Shown here: piece after piece, positions 27,934 to 36,705 of the stretch | Layout of the letters: every line of letters starts with the position of its first letter | Numbering within the stretch: the first letter of the stretch is position 1 | Assembly (NCBI GenBank): GCA_913049815.1 | Contig: CAJWYI010000001.1 | Span: 9,700 to 73,699 of the forward strand | Direction: 5' to 3' | Length of the DNA stretch: 64,000 bases | Origin: an uncultured Gammaproteobacteria bacterium | Lineage (GTDB): Bacteria > Pseudomonadota > Gammaproteobacteria > Pseudomonadales > Azotimanducaceae | Notes under the pieces: generated by a model | The model's database searches: none | What the model saw: the letters and a program-made list of their open reading frames with translations, nothing else | Told to the model about the DNA's origin: nothing | Position numbers and translations under genes: made by a program

Positions 27934-29403
27934 TCATCGTATACTCAATGTCAGGACAACCAGCCACTCATGAAGCGGCATAGGAATCAGAAACAGCAAC
28001 ACGGTCATCCCTGTCGCAATCAACATAGCAGCCCGCATACTCCACGGCACTGCCTCAATTGTGGCAGCCCCCGAAAACGGTTTGATAAAGGCACGGACCG
28101 CAATGCCCAACAAATAGATACTGTTCAGGAGCGCGCTCAACAAAATCACCCCCAACAGAAGCCACGCGCCTGGATACTCTGAGGCCACAATGGCCTGCCC
28201 AAGAAACCACTTGCTCCATAATCCGCCGGCAGGCGGCAGACCCACGATACTCAAACTGCCAATCGCGAAACAAACAAACACCAGTGGCATCTGACGGCCC
28301 ATGCCATCCAATTCAGACACCTTTGTGCAGTGTGAGGCAATCAGAATCGCGCCAGCGCCAAAAAACAGCGTGATCTTTGCAAAGGCGTGCATGGTGATGT
28401 GCAGACCTGCCGCCAACGTACCTTCCGGTGAAAACAGCAACACCGCCAGGACGATATAACTGAGCTGACTGATCGTCGAATACGCCAGTCGGCGCTTAAG
28501 ATTGTCTTCCCGCATCGCGATAAGCGACGCAACGAGAATTGTGATCGCCGGTAGCCAGATGATCCAGTGTGCAAGGACGTCCGATGAGATGTTCAGCCCA
28601 AAGATGTATACAACGATCTTGGCGAGTGCAAACACACCTGCCTTGACGACCGCAACAGCGTGGAGAAATGCGCTGACCGGGGTAGGTGCCACCATCGCCG
28701 CAGGTAACCAGCGATGCAACGGCATGACGGCACTCTTGCCTACACCAAGGACAAACAACAGCAGCAGTAACGACACAACAACGCCTGAGGTTTCAGCAGG
28801 TAGCACACCACCGGGTGTAAAAGTCACAGTTCCTGCGAGCTGATAGACCCAGACAATCGCCGGCAAGAACAAGCCAATCGAGGTCGCGATTAGAACGCCG
28901 AGATACGTGCGTCCACCGCGCCGTGCCGTCTCATCCTCTGTGTGAACTACAAGTGGCCACGTTGAGAGTGTCAGGATCTCGTAGAAAACAAACATCGTGA
29001 ACAGATTCGCCGAGAAAGCGAGCGCCAGCGTCGCACTAATCGAGATACCCAGGAAACAATAGAACCGGGGTAGTGCCGTCTCGCCATGTGCGCGCATGTA
29101 GCCGGAGGCGTAGAGTGTCGTGGCGAACCAAAGAATAGAGGCAATCACTGCGAATAGCAGTGACAGTGGCTCGAAATGAAACGCCAGCGTGATGCCCGGA
29201 ATGGGTTCCGCCAATACCCAGGGTCCCGCCGAGAACGTCGCGACGGTCACAAACTGAAACACGATGAAAAACATTATGGCAGCCTGGACAAACGCACCAA
29301 GCATCGCCAGGCGTTCCGGCACCCGACTCTGAGGGGATAAGCGAGGCGCCAACATCGCGGTCACAAGCGCCGCAGCCAGAGGAATGAGTACGATCCAGAT
29401 CAC
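27934..29403 (-). CDS. mrpD: MrpD/NuoM/N-like proton-conducting antiporter subunit
   Basis: Polytopic Proton_antipo_M-type ORF. GTG start at 29403 in a GTGA overlap with the upstream stop. The track ORF extends to 29499. Confidence 0.8.
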   Translation of the reverse strand: MIWIVLIPLAAALVTAMLAPRLSPQSRVPERLAMLGAFVQAAIMFFIVFQFVTVATFSAGPWVLAEPIPGITLAFHFEPLSLLFAVIASILWFATTLYASGYMRAHGETALPRFYCFLGISISATLALAFSANLFTMFVFYEILTLSTWPLVVHTEDETARRGGRTYLGVLIATSIGLFLPAIVWVYQLAGTVTFTPGGVLPAETSGVVVSLLLLLFVLGVGKSAVMPLHRWLPAAMVAPTPVSAFLHAVAVVKAGVFALAKIVVYIFGLNISSDVLAHWIIWLPAITILVASLIAMREDNLKRRLAYSTISQLSYIVLAVLLFSPEGTLAAGLHITMHAFAKITLFFGAGAILIASHCTKVSELDGMGRQMPLVFVCFAIGSLSIVGLPPAGGLWSKWFLGQAIVASEYPGAWLLLGVILLSALLNSIYLLGIAVRAFIKPFSGAATIEAVPWSMRAAMLIATGMTVLLFLIPMPLHEWLVVLTLSIR

Positions 29404-30899
29404 TGGACGCCCATAATGTTCGTGGCCGCGAGCTTCGCCACAGACAAGGAATGCTCTGTAAACAGACCAAACCAGAGGCAAGCAATCGCCAACACCCACA
29501 AAGCCGTTATCATCGGAAACGGGACAGTCAGTGTTTCATCAGGCATGTGTTCGGATACCTTCTCCGGCGCTCGGAAGTACATGACATCCAGGAGCCTCAA
29601 TAGATAGATACATGCCAACAGGGACCCAATCACGATCACCCCGGCGATAAAGTACGCCTCCTGCGCCATCGCAGCATCAAGCAATGCCCACTTACTGATG
29701 AAGCCGGCCGTGCCGGGGATGCCCACCAGAGAGAACGCCGTGATGACCACCGCAGCACTTGTCCAGGGCATCCGCCGCCCCAATCCCGCAACTGAAGGTA
29801 ACTTTGCGTCGACCGTGTTCAGCAGCATGATGCCCACCGCCATGAACAATCCTGTCTTGGTCAACGCATGGTTGAAAAGGTGAACAAATCCAGCCGTCAG
29901 ACCTTCCACCGTCAGCAGACCTACCCCGATGACCATATAGCCAATCTGGGCGACGCTGGAATAGGCCAGTAGCCGTTTGATATTGACCTGGAGGATCGCC
30001 TGGGCGGAGGTCACAATCACCGCCAGCGCACCAACGATCAGCAGTATTAGCGGCAACGGCGTATCCGCTATTGTTTCAAGGCCAAAGACCGATACGGTCA
30101 TGCGTACCAGTGCGTAGAAGGCCACTTTCGTCGACGTCCCCGCCAACAGCGCTGTGACCACTGATGGTGCCTCTGTATAAGCATTAGGTAACCAAAGGTG
30201 CAGGGGAAAGACGGCGAGCTTCAGAGCCAGCCCAATGATGACAAACGTCATCCCTGTAAAGGTTGTCCGCCTGTCGACCAGTTCCGGCATCAACGTCGAC
30301 ATTTCCTGCATGTTGAGCGTTCCCGTTTCGGCATACAGCAGGCCTACCCCAATCAGGAAAAAGGTCGCCCCAATAGTCCCCAACACCAGATACTGGAAGG
30401 CGGCTGTCAAAGCGCGCCGTTGACGACCGAGGCTGATCATCGCGTAGGTCGCTAGTGAGGCAATCTCCAGGAACACAAATAGATTGAATACGTCACCCGT
30501 AACGACAATCCCCATCAGACCTGAAATGCATAGTAGCGTTGCTGCAAAGAAGGTCGGCGCAATCGCCAGCGGAATCTCCTTAATACCCGACTTTCCCGTC
30601 AACGAACCTGCATACAGCTGACACACCAGGAAGATGGCAGTCAGCACCAACAATACAAATGCAGCAAATACATCCAGGCGATATTCAATCCCGACTGGCG
30701 GCGCCCACCCGCCAAGGTGATAGCTGAATCCGCCGCCGTCCAACACAGCCAGCAACAGCTGTACTGCAATCAGGAAGCAGCTCATGGCCGTGGCGAGGGT
30801 CAGCAACCAGGCAACCCGTGGTGAAGGCACCACATAACAAACCGGCGCCACAACAAGCGGCAACAGGATGACCACTATCAATTGTGTTTCGTAGCTCAA
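29400..30899 (-). CDS. mrpD: MrpD/NuoM/N-like proton-conducting antiporter subunit
   Basis: 499-aa polytopic ORF. TTG start in a TTGA overlap with the MrpC stop. Confidence 0.8.
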   Translation of the reverse strand: MSYETQLIVVILLPLVVAPVCYVVPSPRVAWLLTLATAMSCFLIAVQLLLAVLDGGGFSYHLGGWAPPVGIEYRLDVFAAFVLLVLTAIFLVCQLYAGSLTGKSGIKEIPLAIAPTFFAATLLCISGLMGIVVTGDVFNLFVFLEIASLATYAMISLGRQRRALTAAFQYLVLGTIGATFFLIGVGLLYAETGTLNMQEMSTLMPELVDRRTTFTGMTFVIIGLALKLAVFPLHLWLPNAYTEAPSVVTALLAGTSTKVAFYALVRMTVSVFGLETIADTPLPLILLIVGALAVIVTSAQAILQVNIKRLLAYSSVAQIGYMVIGVGLLTVEGLTAGFVHLFNHALTKTGLFMAVGIMLLNTVDAKLPSVAGLGRRMPWTSAAVVITAFSLVGIPGTAGFISKWALLDAAMAQEAYFIAGVIVIGSLLACIYLLRLLDVMYFRAPEKVSEHMPDETLTVPFPMITALWVLAIACLWFGLFTEHSLSVAKLAATNIMGVQ

Positions 30900-31279
30900 C
30901 CGTCGCTATCCTGATCCAATTTCAGAATATCGTTTTCTTCCAGGGTCCCGTAGGCGTCCCGTATTCGGATGATCAACGCAAGGGCCAGCGCTGTCGTCGA
31001 GACTCCCACGACAATCGCGGTCAGGATCAATACGTGCGGCAATGGATTTGCATACACAACGTCACCGGTGTTCCCGACCACCTGCCCTGCAACAATCGGG
31101 ACCGTACCGCCTTCGATATAGCCAATACTGATGTAAAGGATGAAAACGGAGGTCTGAAATATATTTAGACCAATGACCTTCTTCAGCAGATGCCCGCGAC
31201 TGATCACGGTATACATTCCGATCATCATCAGAAAGATGACAACCCAGTAGTTAAAATGCTGAAGAACAAAATCAGTCAT
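30896..31279 (-). CDS. mrpC: Na+/H+ antiporter subunit C (MrpC/MnhC, NuoK-like)
   Basis: 127 aa from the ATG at 31279 (MTDFVLQHFNYWVVIFLMMIG...), three TM segments. Overlaps the MrpB stop by 8 nt. Confidence 0.8.
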   Translation of the reverse strand: MTDFVLQHFNYWVVIFLMMIGMYTVISRGHLLKKVIGLNIFQTSVFILYISIGYIEGGTVPIVAGQVVGNTGDVVYANPLPHVLILTAIVVGVSTTALALALIIRIRDAYGTLEENDILKLDQDSDG

Positions 31280-31694
31280 GACCTTCCTGGTCAGCAAATA
31301 CCGCAAAGATCAACAGCATGGTGCTGGCAACTGTTATACCAACACCCAGTTCGACGAGGAAAATCCCAAGGTGTTGCCCCGTGACGGCGTTCTCCGCAAG
31401 CAGGTTGTAGTTCAGGAACTCGCCACCCAGCAGCATTGTCACCACACCGGTACCCGCAAACAATAGCACTCCCAGTGACGACAGGACTTTAAGCACAAAC
31501 ACGGGAATGCTCTGGGTCAATCGGTAAAGGCCAAATACCAGCGCATAGAGAATCAGTCCTGCACTGAAGATGACACCCGCCTGAAAACCGCCACCAGGCC
31601 CCAGTTCACCATGAAATTGGACATACAATCCCATCAACAGAATGAGTGGTATCAAGAACTTTGCCGTGACGCGCAGGATAAGGTAGTCCGTCAT
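31272..31694 (-). CDS. mrpB: Na+/H+ antiporter subunit B (MrpB/MnhB)
   Basis: 140 aa with the MnhB hallmark HGELGPGGGFQAG. ATGA overlap with the upstream gene. Confidence 0.85.
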   Translation of the reverse strand: MTDYLILRVTAKFLIPLILLMGLYVQFHGELGPGGGFQAGVIFSAGLILYALVFGLYRLTQSIPVFVLKVLSSLGVLLFAGTGVVTMLLGGEFLNYNLLAENAVTGQHLGIFLVELGVGITVASTMLLIFAVFADQEGHD

Positions 31695-32287
31695 CCGCTC
31701 TGTTCCTGCGTATCAGAAGATTGGCCTTCTTGAGAATTCAGCCGCGATCCAATCGCGGGGTGAATCCCTCCCAGCACCAATAGAACACCAAGACCTGCGG
31801 TGAAGATAACAAGCACCTCGCCCAGCGTATCCAGACCTCGGTAACTCGCGAGAATGGACGTCACCATGTTCGGTATGCCGGTCTCCACAGGGGCGTTTTC
31901 GATGTACTGTGCTGCCACACCTCTATGTGCAGCGGTGTCGGCGTTGCCAAAGCCAGGCATATCTATGGTGCCGTAGATCAGCAATACGCCAGTCGCAGTC
32001 ACAAGCACCAACGGCCAGAACTGACCGCGGGATCTTGCTTCTTCTTTCTCTGCGGGCAAACGGGCTAGTGCAGCCAGCATCAGCACAGTCGCTATGCCTG
32101 CACCGACAGCAGCTTCAGTAAACGCAACGTCGGCTGCCAGCATCACGACAAAAATGGAAGCCGTCAGCAGGCTGTAGAGACCAAACATCATCACGCTCAC
32201 AAGTAGCTGTCGTAGACGTACAACCGCGATCGCGACAATCAACAGAAACAGGAGCAACGCGCTGTTGACGATCAGTTCAATCATCAT
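31691..32287 (-). CDS. DUF4040/MbhD-like membrane protein (equivalent to the C-terminal part of MrpA)
   Basis: About 198 aa from MMIELIVNSALLLFLL..., polytopic. It sits between MrpG and MrpB as in Mbh-type clusters. Overlaps the MrpG stop. Confidence 0.7.
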   Translation of the reverse strand: MMIELIVNSALLLFLLIVAIAVVRLRQLLVSVMMFGLYSLLTASIFVVMLAADVAFTEAAVGAGIATVLMLAALARLPAEKEEARSRGQFWPLVLVTATGVLLIYGTIDMPGFGNADTAAHRGVAAQYIENAPVETGIPNMVTSILASYRGLDTLGEVLVIFTAGLGVLLVLGGIHPAIGSRLNSQEGQSSDTQEQSG

Positions 32288-32582
32288 TGAAGGCACCCAG
32301 TAGCGGCTTATCGCCACTCTTGATAGCCGCGTTGGCAAGCGAGTGTGCCGCGACCGGACTGGTGAAAAACAAAAAACTGAAAACCAGCAGCAACTTTAGT
32401 GCGTCGCCGGCGTCAGCCTGCATGGCAAGGCCGGTCAACAGCAGAATCGTACCAAGGGTATCAGTGATACCCGCAGCGTGCAGCCGGCTATAGAAGTCCG
32501 GGAATCGATGCATGCCGATACTGCCCAGCAGGCAAAACAAGGCACCCGCAAGCATCAATCCGTCTGCCAGCCATTCTATCAT
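32277..32582 (-). CDS. mrpG: Na+/H+ antiporter subunit G (MrpG/MnhG)
   Basis: 101 aa. LLGSIGMHRFPDFYSRLHAAGITDTLG is typical of MnhG/PhaG. ATGA overlap with MrpF. Confidence 0.85.
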   Translation of the reverse strand: MIEWLADGLMLAGALFCLLGSIGMHRFPDFYSRLHAAGITDTLGTILLLTGLAMQADAGDALKLLLVFSFLFFTSPVAAHSLANAAIKSGDKPLLGAFNDD

Positions 32583-32857
32583 CGCTGGTGTTCCGGGGAG
32601 GACGCCGCCAGGTCGCCACGCACAATCAGTTTTAGAAAAGCGATCACAGCAATGAAATTGATCAGTGCATAGACGATAGCAATATCCAGAATATCAGGTC
32701 GATCGATGATCCATGCGTAAACCGCGATCAACAGCGCCGTCTTGGTACTGAACACATTGACCGCCAGAATGCGATCAAACAACGACGGCCCGAGCAACGC
32801 ACGGATCAGGATAATGCCCATCGAGAGCAGCAACACTAAAGCGACAATCTCAATCAT
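32579..32857 (-). CDS. mrpF: Na+/H+ antiporter subunit F (MrpF/MnhF)
   Basis: 92 aa from MIEIVALVLLL... The ATG at 32857 forms an ATGA overlap with the MrpE stop. LGPSLFDRILAVN is typical of MrpF. The track ORF starts at 32878. Confidence 0.8.
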   Translation of the reverse strand: MIEIVALVLLLSMGIILIRALLGPSLFDRILAVNVFSTKTALLIAVYAWIIDRPDILDIAIVYALINFIAVIAFLKLIVRGDLAASSPEHQR

Positions 32858-33330
32858 GCTTCTGGAACCTCTCGCCATGCCTCGTCGGATTTGTCCGATT
32901 GCGCTGCGGCTTCATTCAACCCATGAACGAGCAAACAGTCCTGATCGATAGAGACCGTGTATGTCCCTGGCGTCAAGGTGATGGCGTTAGCGTAGATGGT
33001 CCTGCCAAGATCAGTCTTCAGCTCGGGAGAAATAGTGACGAGACCGGGTTTAACACGTCCTTTCGGCCTTAGGATGGTGTAAGCAACGATGACGTTATCC
33101 CTGACAATCTTGAGCGCCAGTATGGACCAATAGATGATCAATCTGGGTAATAGATGAAACGGCAACCCTTCACGATCGACGATACCCAGGCTCAGACAGA
33201 GACCGACCACACCAACGACGGATACGAGACCGATTCCGATAAGAAGAGGTTCGAAGTGCCCTGACAAGACCAGCCAAAGAGCGGCAAGCATGACACCCAA
33301 TCCAAACGCCAGTCCGACTACCCGTCCCAA
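32854..33330 (-). CDS. mrpE: Na+/H+ antiporter subunit E (MrpE/MnhE)
   Basis: 158 aa with two N-terminal TM segments, then ...ANAITLTPGTYTV..D...LLVH, typical of MnhE. GGGAGG SD. Confidence 0.8.
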   Translation of the reverse strand: MGRVVGLAFGLGVMLAALWLVLSGHFEPLLIGIGLVSVVGVVGLCLSLGIVDREGLPFHLLPRLIIYWSILALKIVRDNVIVAYTILRPKGRVKPGLVTISPELKTDLGRTIYANAITLTPGTYTVSIDQDCLLVHGLNEAAAQSDKSDEAWREVPEA

Positions 33331-33387
33331 TGCTGCCTCCCTTTTGCCCCGTCACCTTAACTCTTTCCATGAGTGACGCCCAGTGTT

Positions 33388-34494
33388 TCAGCCCAGACGC
33401 TTGTCGTAGTGCCCCAGTTCGTAGAAAGTCACGTGCTGGACGTCATTGAACACCGATTGCAACCGGAACCGTCCGCCTTCTTGTAGCACCAGGAATCGCT
33501 CGGAGAGTCGTTCAATACAGATGTCCAGAAACGTGGACGAGAGGCGCTGCGTACGCGGCACATAGGGACTCAACCGTTGGCGCTCATAAAGCTCTTCCCA
33601 GGTGAACGTCACGTCCAGCATCGGATTCAGATCATCGTCCATGAAAAGATAGATCAACGGTAACCACTCGCGATCCAGTCGTCGAAGCAGGCCTTCCTGC
33701 ATCACCCAGAGACGACCGAATCGCCGAGCTCCCTGATCGTAGTCCATCAGCGACACAAACCGAGAGGGATCTGTTCGCATCGTCTCGGGCTTCATGAATT
33801 GAAGCTCCTCTTCCGATTTCTGACGCATCGTCACCTCAATGATGCGACTTGGTTCATCTCCGCTGTAATGAAAAACCACTTCCGGATACTTTCCAGGCGT
33901 GAAGATCGGTTCCACAAAATACTGATAGCCCTCGTACCGGCCTGGACGACGCCCCAATTCACTATGGACCCGTTCGACACGAGGTTGGTGGTCTGAATGA
34001 TAGGGGCCGTCTTCACGCAGGTGATGAATCAGTGCTTGGTGCACCACGGCACGCCCAAGCCGCAACGTATGCGGATCCTGCATGCGCTGAAAACAACAGG
34101 GGCTGTCGAAAACTTCCTCGTACGCATCATGGATGGGCTGACGCGCATCTGGTTTCCTCTCCGCATTCGGGAACTTCACTGTCATACGGTCGATTGGACC
34201 ACTCGCAATGCCGCGTTCGGCGGCTTCCTGGAACATCCGAAATACTTCGGCCACAAGCGGTTGCCGATCCTTCTCCCTGATCGCCAGTCGGCTGATTTCT
34301 AGCCGAGTACCGATTGAGATTCCCCGCATGTCCGTATGGATCACCGGCGTGCCTGCGTGTGCGCCCGTCATCAGCGTACTACCACGGTAGTCCCGACCCA
34401 GCTCCTTAACGGCGGCACGAATGCTATGTGTCAAAGAAAAGTCTGATCTTGGCTCGTAGTGTGCAACCAGATCGTACACCTGGGGACGCCACAT
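33388..34494 (-). CDS. hypothetical soluble protein (368 aa, His/Arg-rich), no family recognised
   Basis: The ATG at 34494 overlaps the ABC exporter stop (TGATG), with GGGAG upstream. No TM segment or signal peptide. The track ORF extends to 34575 inside the upstream gene. Confidence 0.6.
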   Translation of the reverse strand: MWRPQVYDLVAHYEPRSDFSLTHSIRAAVKELGRDYRGSTLMTGAHAGTPVIHTDMRGISIGTRLEISRLAIREKDRQPLVAEVFRMFQEAAERGIASGPIDRMTVKFPNAERKPDARQPIHDAYEEVFDSPCCFQRMQDPHTLRLGRAVVHQALIHHLREDGPYHSDHQPRVERVHSELGRRPGRYEGYQYFVEPIFTPGKYPEVVFHYSGDEPSRIIEVTMRQKSEEELQFMKPETMRTDPSRFVSLMDYDQGARRFGRLWVMQEGLLRRLDREWLPLIYLFMDDDLNPMLDVTFTWEELYERQRLSPYVPRTQRLSSTFLDICIERLSERFLVLQEGGRFRLQSVFNDVQHVTFYELGHYDKRLG

Positions 34495-36437
34495 CAGGTT
34501 GCGGACTCCCGGGCCTCGGCTTCTGCCAGCGCACGAAGCTCTTCTTCCTCTTGCTTTTCTTTGTCTCGCGCCCACAGCGGGTCGTAGAGCTTGCGGAACA
34601 ACCCATCACTGTTGATCAATTGCTCGTGGGTCCCAGTCTGAACAATGCGACCATCATCAAGGACAAGAATGACGTCAGCGTCGCGAATGGTCGAGAGCCG
34701 GTGAGCAATGATAAAAGTTGTTCGATCAGACATCAGCGTAGACAACGCTTCCTGCACCTTCATCTCTGAGGCAGTGTCCAACGCGCTCGTCGCTTCATCC
34801 AATATCAACAGTCTGGGATCACGAATCAGTGCCCGAGCAATCGCGAGTCGCTGCCGTTGACCCACAGAGATACGCGCGCCGTGCGCACCCAGGATCGTGT
34901 CGTACCCATAAGGCAGCGCCTGCACAAATTCATGAGCGTTGGCGAGCGTCGCCGCCTGGATCACTTCAGTATCAGTGGCGTCCGGCTTACCGTACAGGAG
35001 ATTTTCCCGAACAGTCCCCCGAAACAGATAGGTTTCCTGAAGCACCATGCTCATCTGATTGCGGAGATTGTGGATGGCATATTCCCCGATGTCGATGCCA
35101 TCGATCCGAATACTGCCCTCTGACGCGTCATAGAACCGTGCGATGAGGTTCGCAACCGTCGTCTTGCCAGCACCACTCGGCCCAACGAGCGCTATGGATT
35201 GACCGGGTTCTGCGGTAAATGTGATGTCGGTCAGGACCTGTTTGCTCATCGGATAGGCAAATCCAACACCTTCAAACTCGACACGTCCGACCACATCTCG
35301 CCTTATCGCATGATCCTCGTCAACAATATCCGGTTCGAGATCCAGAATTTCATAGACACGCATCAGACCAACGCGCGCGGGGATAATCTGTCCCATCACA
35401 CCAATCAATTGAGAGATAGGGGCATACAACATGCCCACGTAGGCGATCATCGCCGAGAACGTGACCACGCCCTGCTGGATTGCATCTTTGCCTTCCGCTT
35501 CTGTAAAACCATCCAAGTCGAGCCACATGACAACCAGACCACAGGCCACCATCACAATCAGTGTCCCGACGTGCGAGACGGAATTGGTGAATGCGCTCCA
35601 ACTGCTCGACAGCCAGCCTGACTGAAGTTGAATCTCGTGGCCTTCCCTCAGTTGTCCAACCAGAGTACGAACCTCCCGACGTTCCGCCGAGTAGCCCTTC
35701 ACGACTTTGGAAGCATCGAACACCTCATGGGTCTTGCCACTGACCTGGGAATTTTTCTCCGTCGCCTTCCATGACTCGTGGCTGAGTCGTCGCTCGAACA
35801 TAAAGTAGCTCATGAAATGCAAGGGTGTAACCGCAAGCGCAACCAGCGCGATGCGCCAGTCGAGGTAAAACAAGAGGCACACAATGATGATTGCCGTGAA
35901 TACCGCTTCAATGGTTCTCAGTAAGGTGCCTGTCACCAGATTTGTGAGAGAGGCGGTATCTCCCATAAGCCGAGCATTGATTTCACCCGGGCTTCGGCTT
36001 TCAAAAAAGCCCAACGACAACTTCTGAACATGGTCGTACATCTTCTTGCGCAGACTGAAGATCACTCGACCTCCCACCAGGCGCAGCAAGTGACCGTTCC
36101 ACAATCCCAGACCCTCACCAATCATCCTGATCGACAGCATGCCAATCAGGCACGACATAAACAGTTCCATATCCTGGTTGGGTAAGGCACGACCAATGAT
36201 TTCTGCAAACAAGAGTGGGTAAAACATGTTGAGGCCCGAGAGCAGCAACATGATCGCCAGACACTGCATCAGCGTGAAGCGATATGGACGTACCAGGCGC
36301 AACAGTTGACGGAACCGTGAAGGTCGTTGTGCGACCTGATGCGTAGACGCCGACGGTTCGGGATCGGAGGTCGATCCGTTGAGTGTGGAAGACGACATGA
36401 GGCCGCACATTCTCTCAAACCGCCCACCATCCGGCAA
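34494..36437 (-). CDS. ABC exporter, fused permease/ATPase
   Basis: 6-TM domain, Walker A GPSGAGKTT, signature ISVGQRQR, Walker B LLILDEAT. The true start may be an internal ATG (36410 or 36398) rather than the TTG at 36437. Confidence 0.85.
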   Translation of the reverse strand: MPDGGRFERMCGLMSSSTLNGSTSDPEPSASTHQVAQRPSRFRQLLRLVRPYRFTLMQCLAIMLLLSGLNMFYPLLFAEIIGRALPNQDMELFMSCLIGMLSIRMIGEGLGLWNGHLLRLVGGRVIFSLRKKMYDHVQKLSLGFFESRSPGEINARLMGDTASLTNLVTGTLLRTIEAVFTAIIIVCLLFYLDWRIALVALAVTPLHFMSYFMFERRLSHESWKATEKNSQVSGKTHEVFDASKVVKGYSAERREVRTLVGQLREGHEIQLQSGWLSSSWSAFTNSVSHVGTLIVMVACGLVVMWLDLDGFTEAEGKDAIQQGVVTFSAMIAYVGMLYAPISQLIGVMGQIIPARVGLMRVYEILDLEPDIVDEDHAIRRDVVGRVEFEGVGFAYPMSKQVLTDITFTAEPGQSIALVGPSGAGKTTVANLIARFYDASEGSIRIDGIDIGEYAIHNLRNQMSMVLQETYLFRGTVRENLLYGKPDATDTEVIQAATLANAHEFVQALPYGYDTILGAHGARISVGQRQRLAIARALIRDPRLLILDEATSALDTASEMKVQEALSTLMSDRTTFIIAHRLSTIRDADVILVLDDGRIVQTGTHEQLINSDGLFRKLYDPLWARDKEKQEEEELRALAEAEARESAT

Positions 36438-36705
36438 CGCGATTCGTCAGAAACCGTTTCCATAATTTGATCAACATCCCAATACGGTTTCCGCTATCCC
36501 GCCTATTCACCGAGATAAATACACCAAATTCATGCACCGGGAAAACAGCCATGTAGCTGGCAAGCCCAAGAGCGCCAATGGAGCGCTCCAACATCGGTCG
36601 GCCTGTTCTGCGCTCGCCCGCCCATCCAAGTGCCATACCTACAATGAACCAGTTTGGGAGAACTGGCCTGTCTGCGTCATCGCGGGGCCAGTGTCCGGTC
36701 CCCAC
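36415..36705 (-). pseudogene. possible C-terminal remnant of a beta-lactamase-fold serine hydrolase
   Basis: The 96-aa ORF contains ...GMALGWAGE...GALGLASYMAVFPVHEFGVFISVNRRD, resembling the C-terminal G.GW...G..G..S....P....V.L.N region of class-C-type hydrolases. No N-terminal part is present. Confidence 0.3.

Noticed and set aside
33331-33387. Hairpin (CGTCAC ... GTGACG) between the unknown 368-aa gene and mrpE, read as a terminator separating two operons.
   Set aside because: The stem is only 6 bp with a loop of about 17 nt and no following T-run, so it is not convincing as an intrinsic terminator. The operon boundary remains open.
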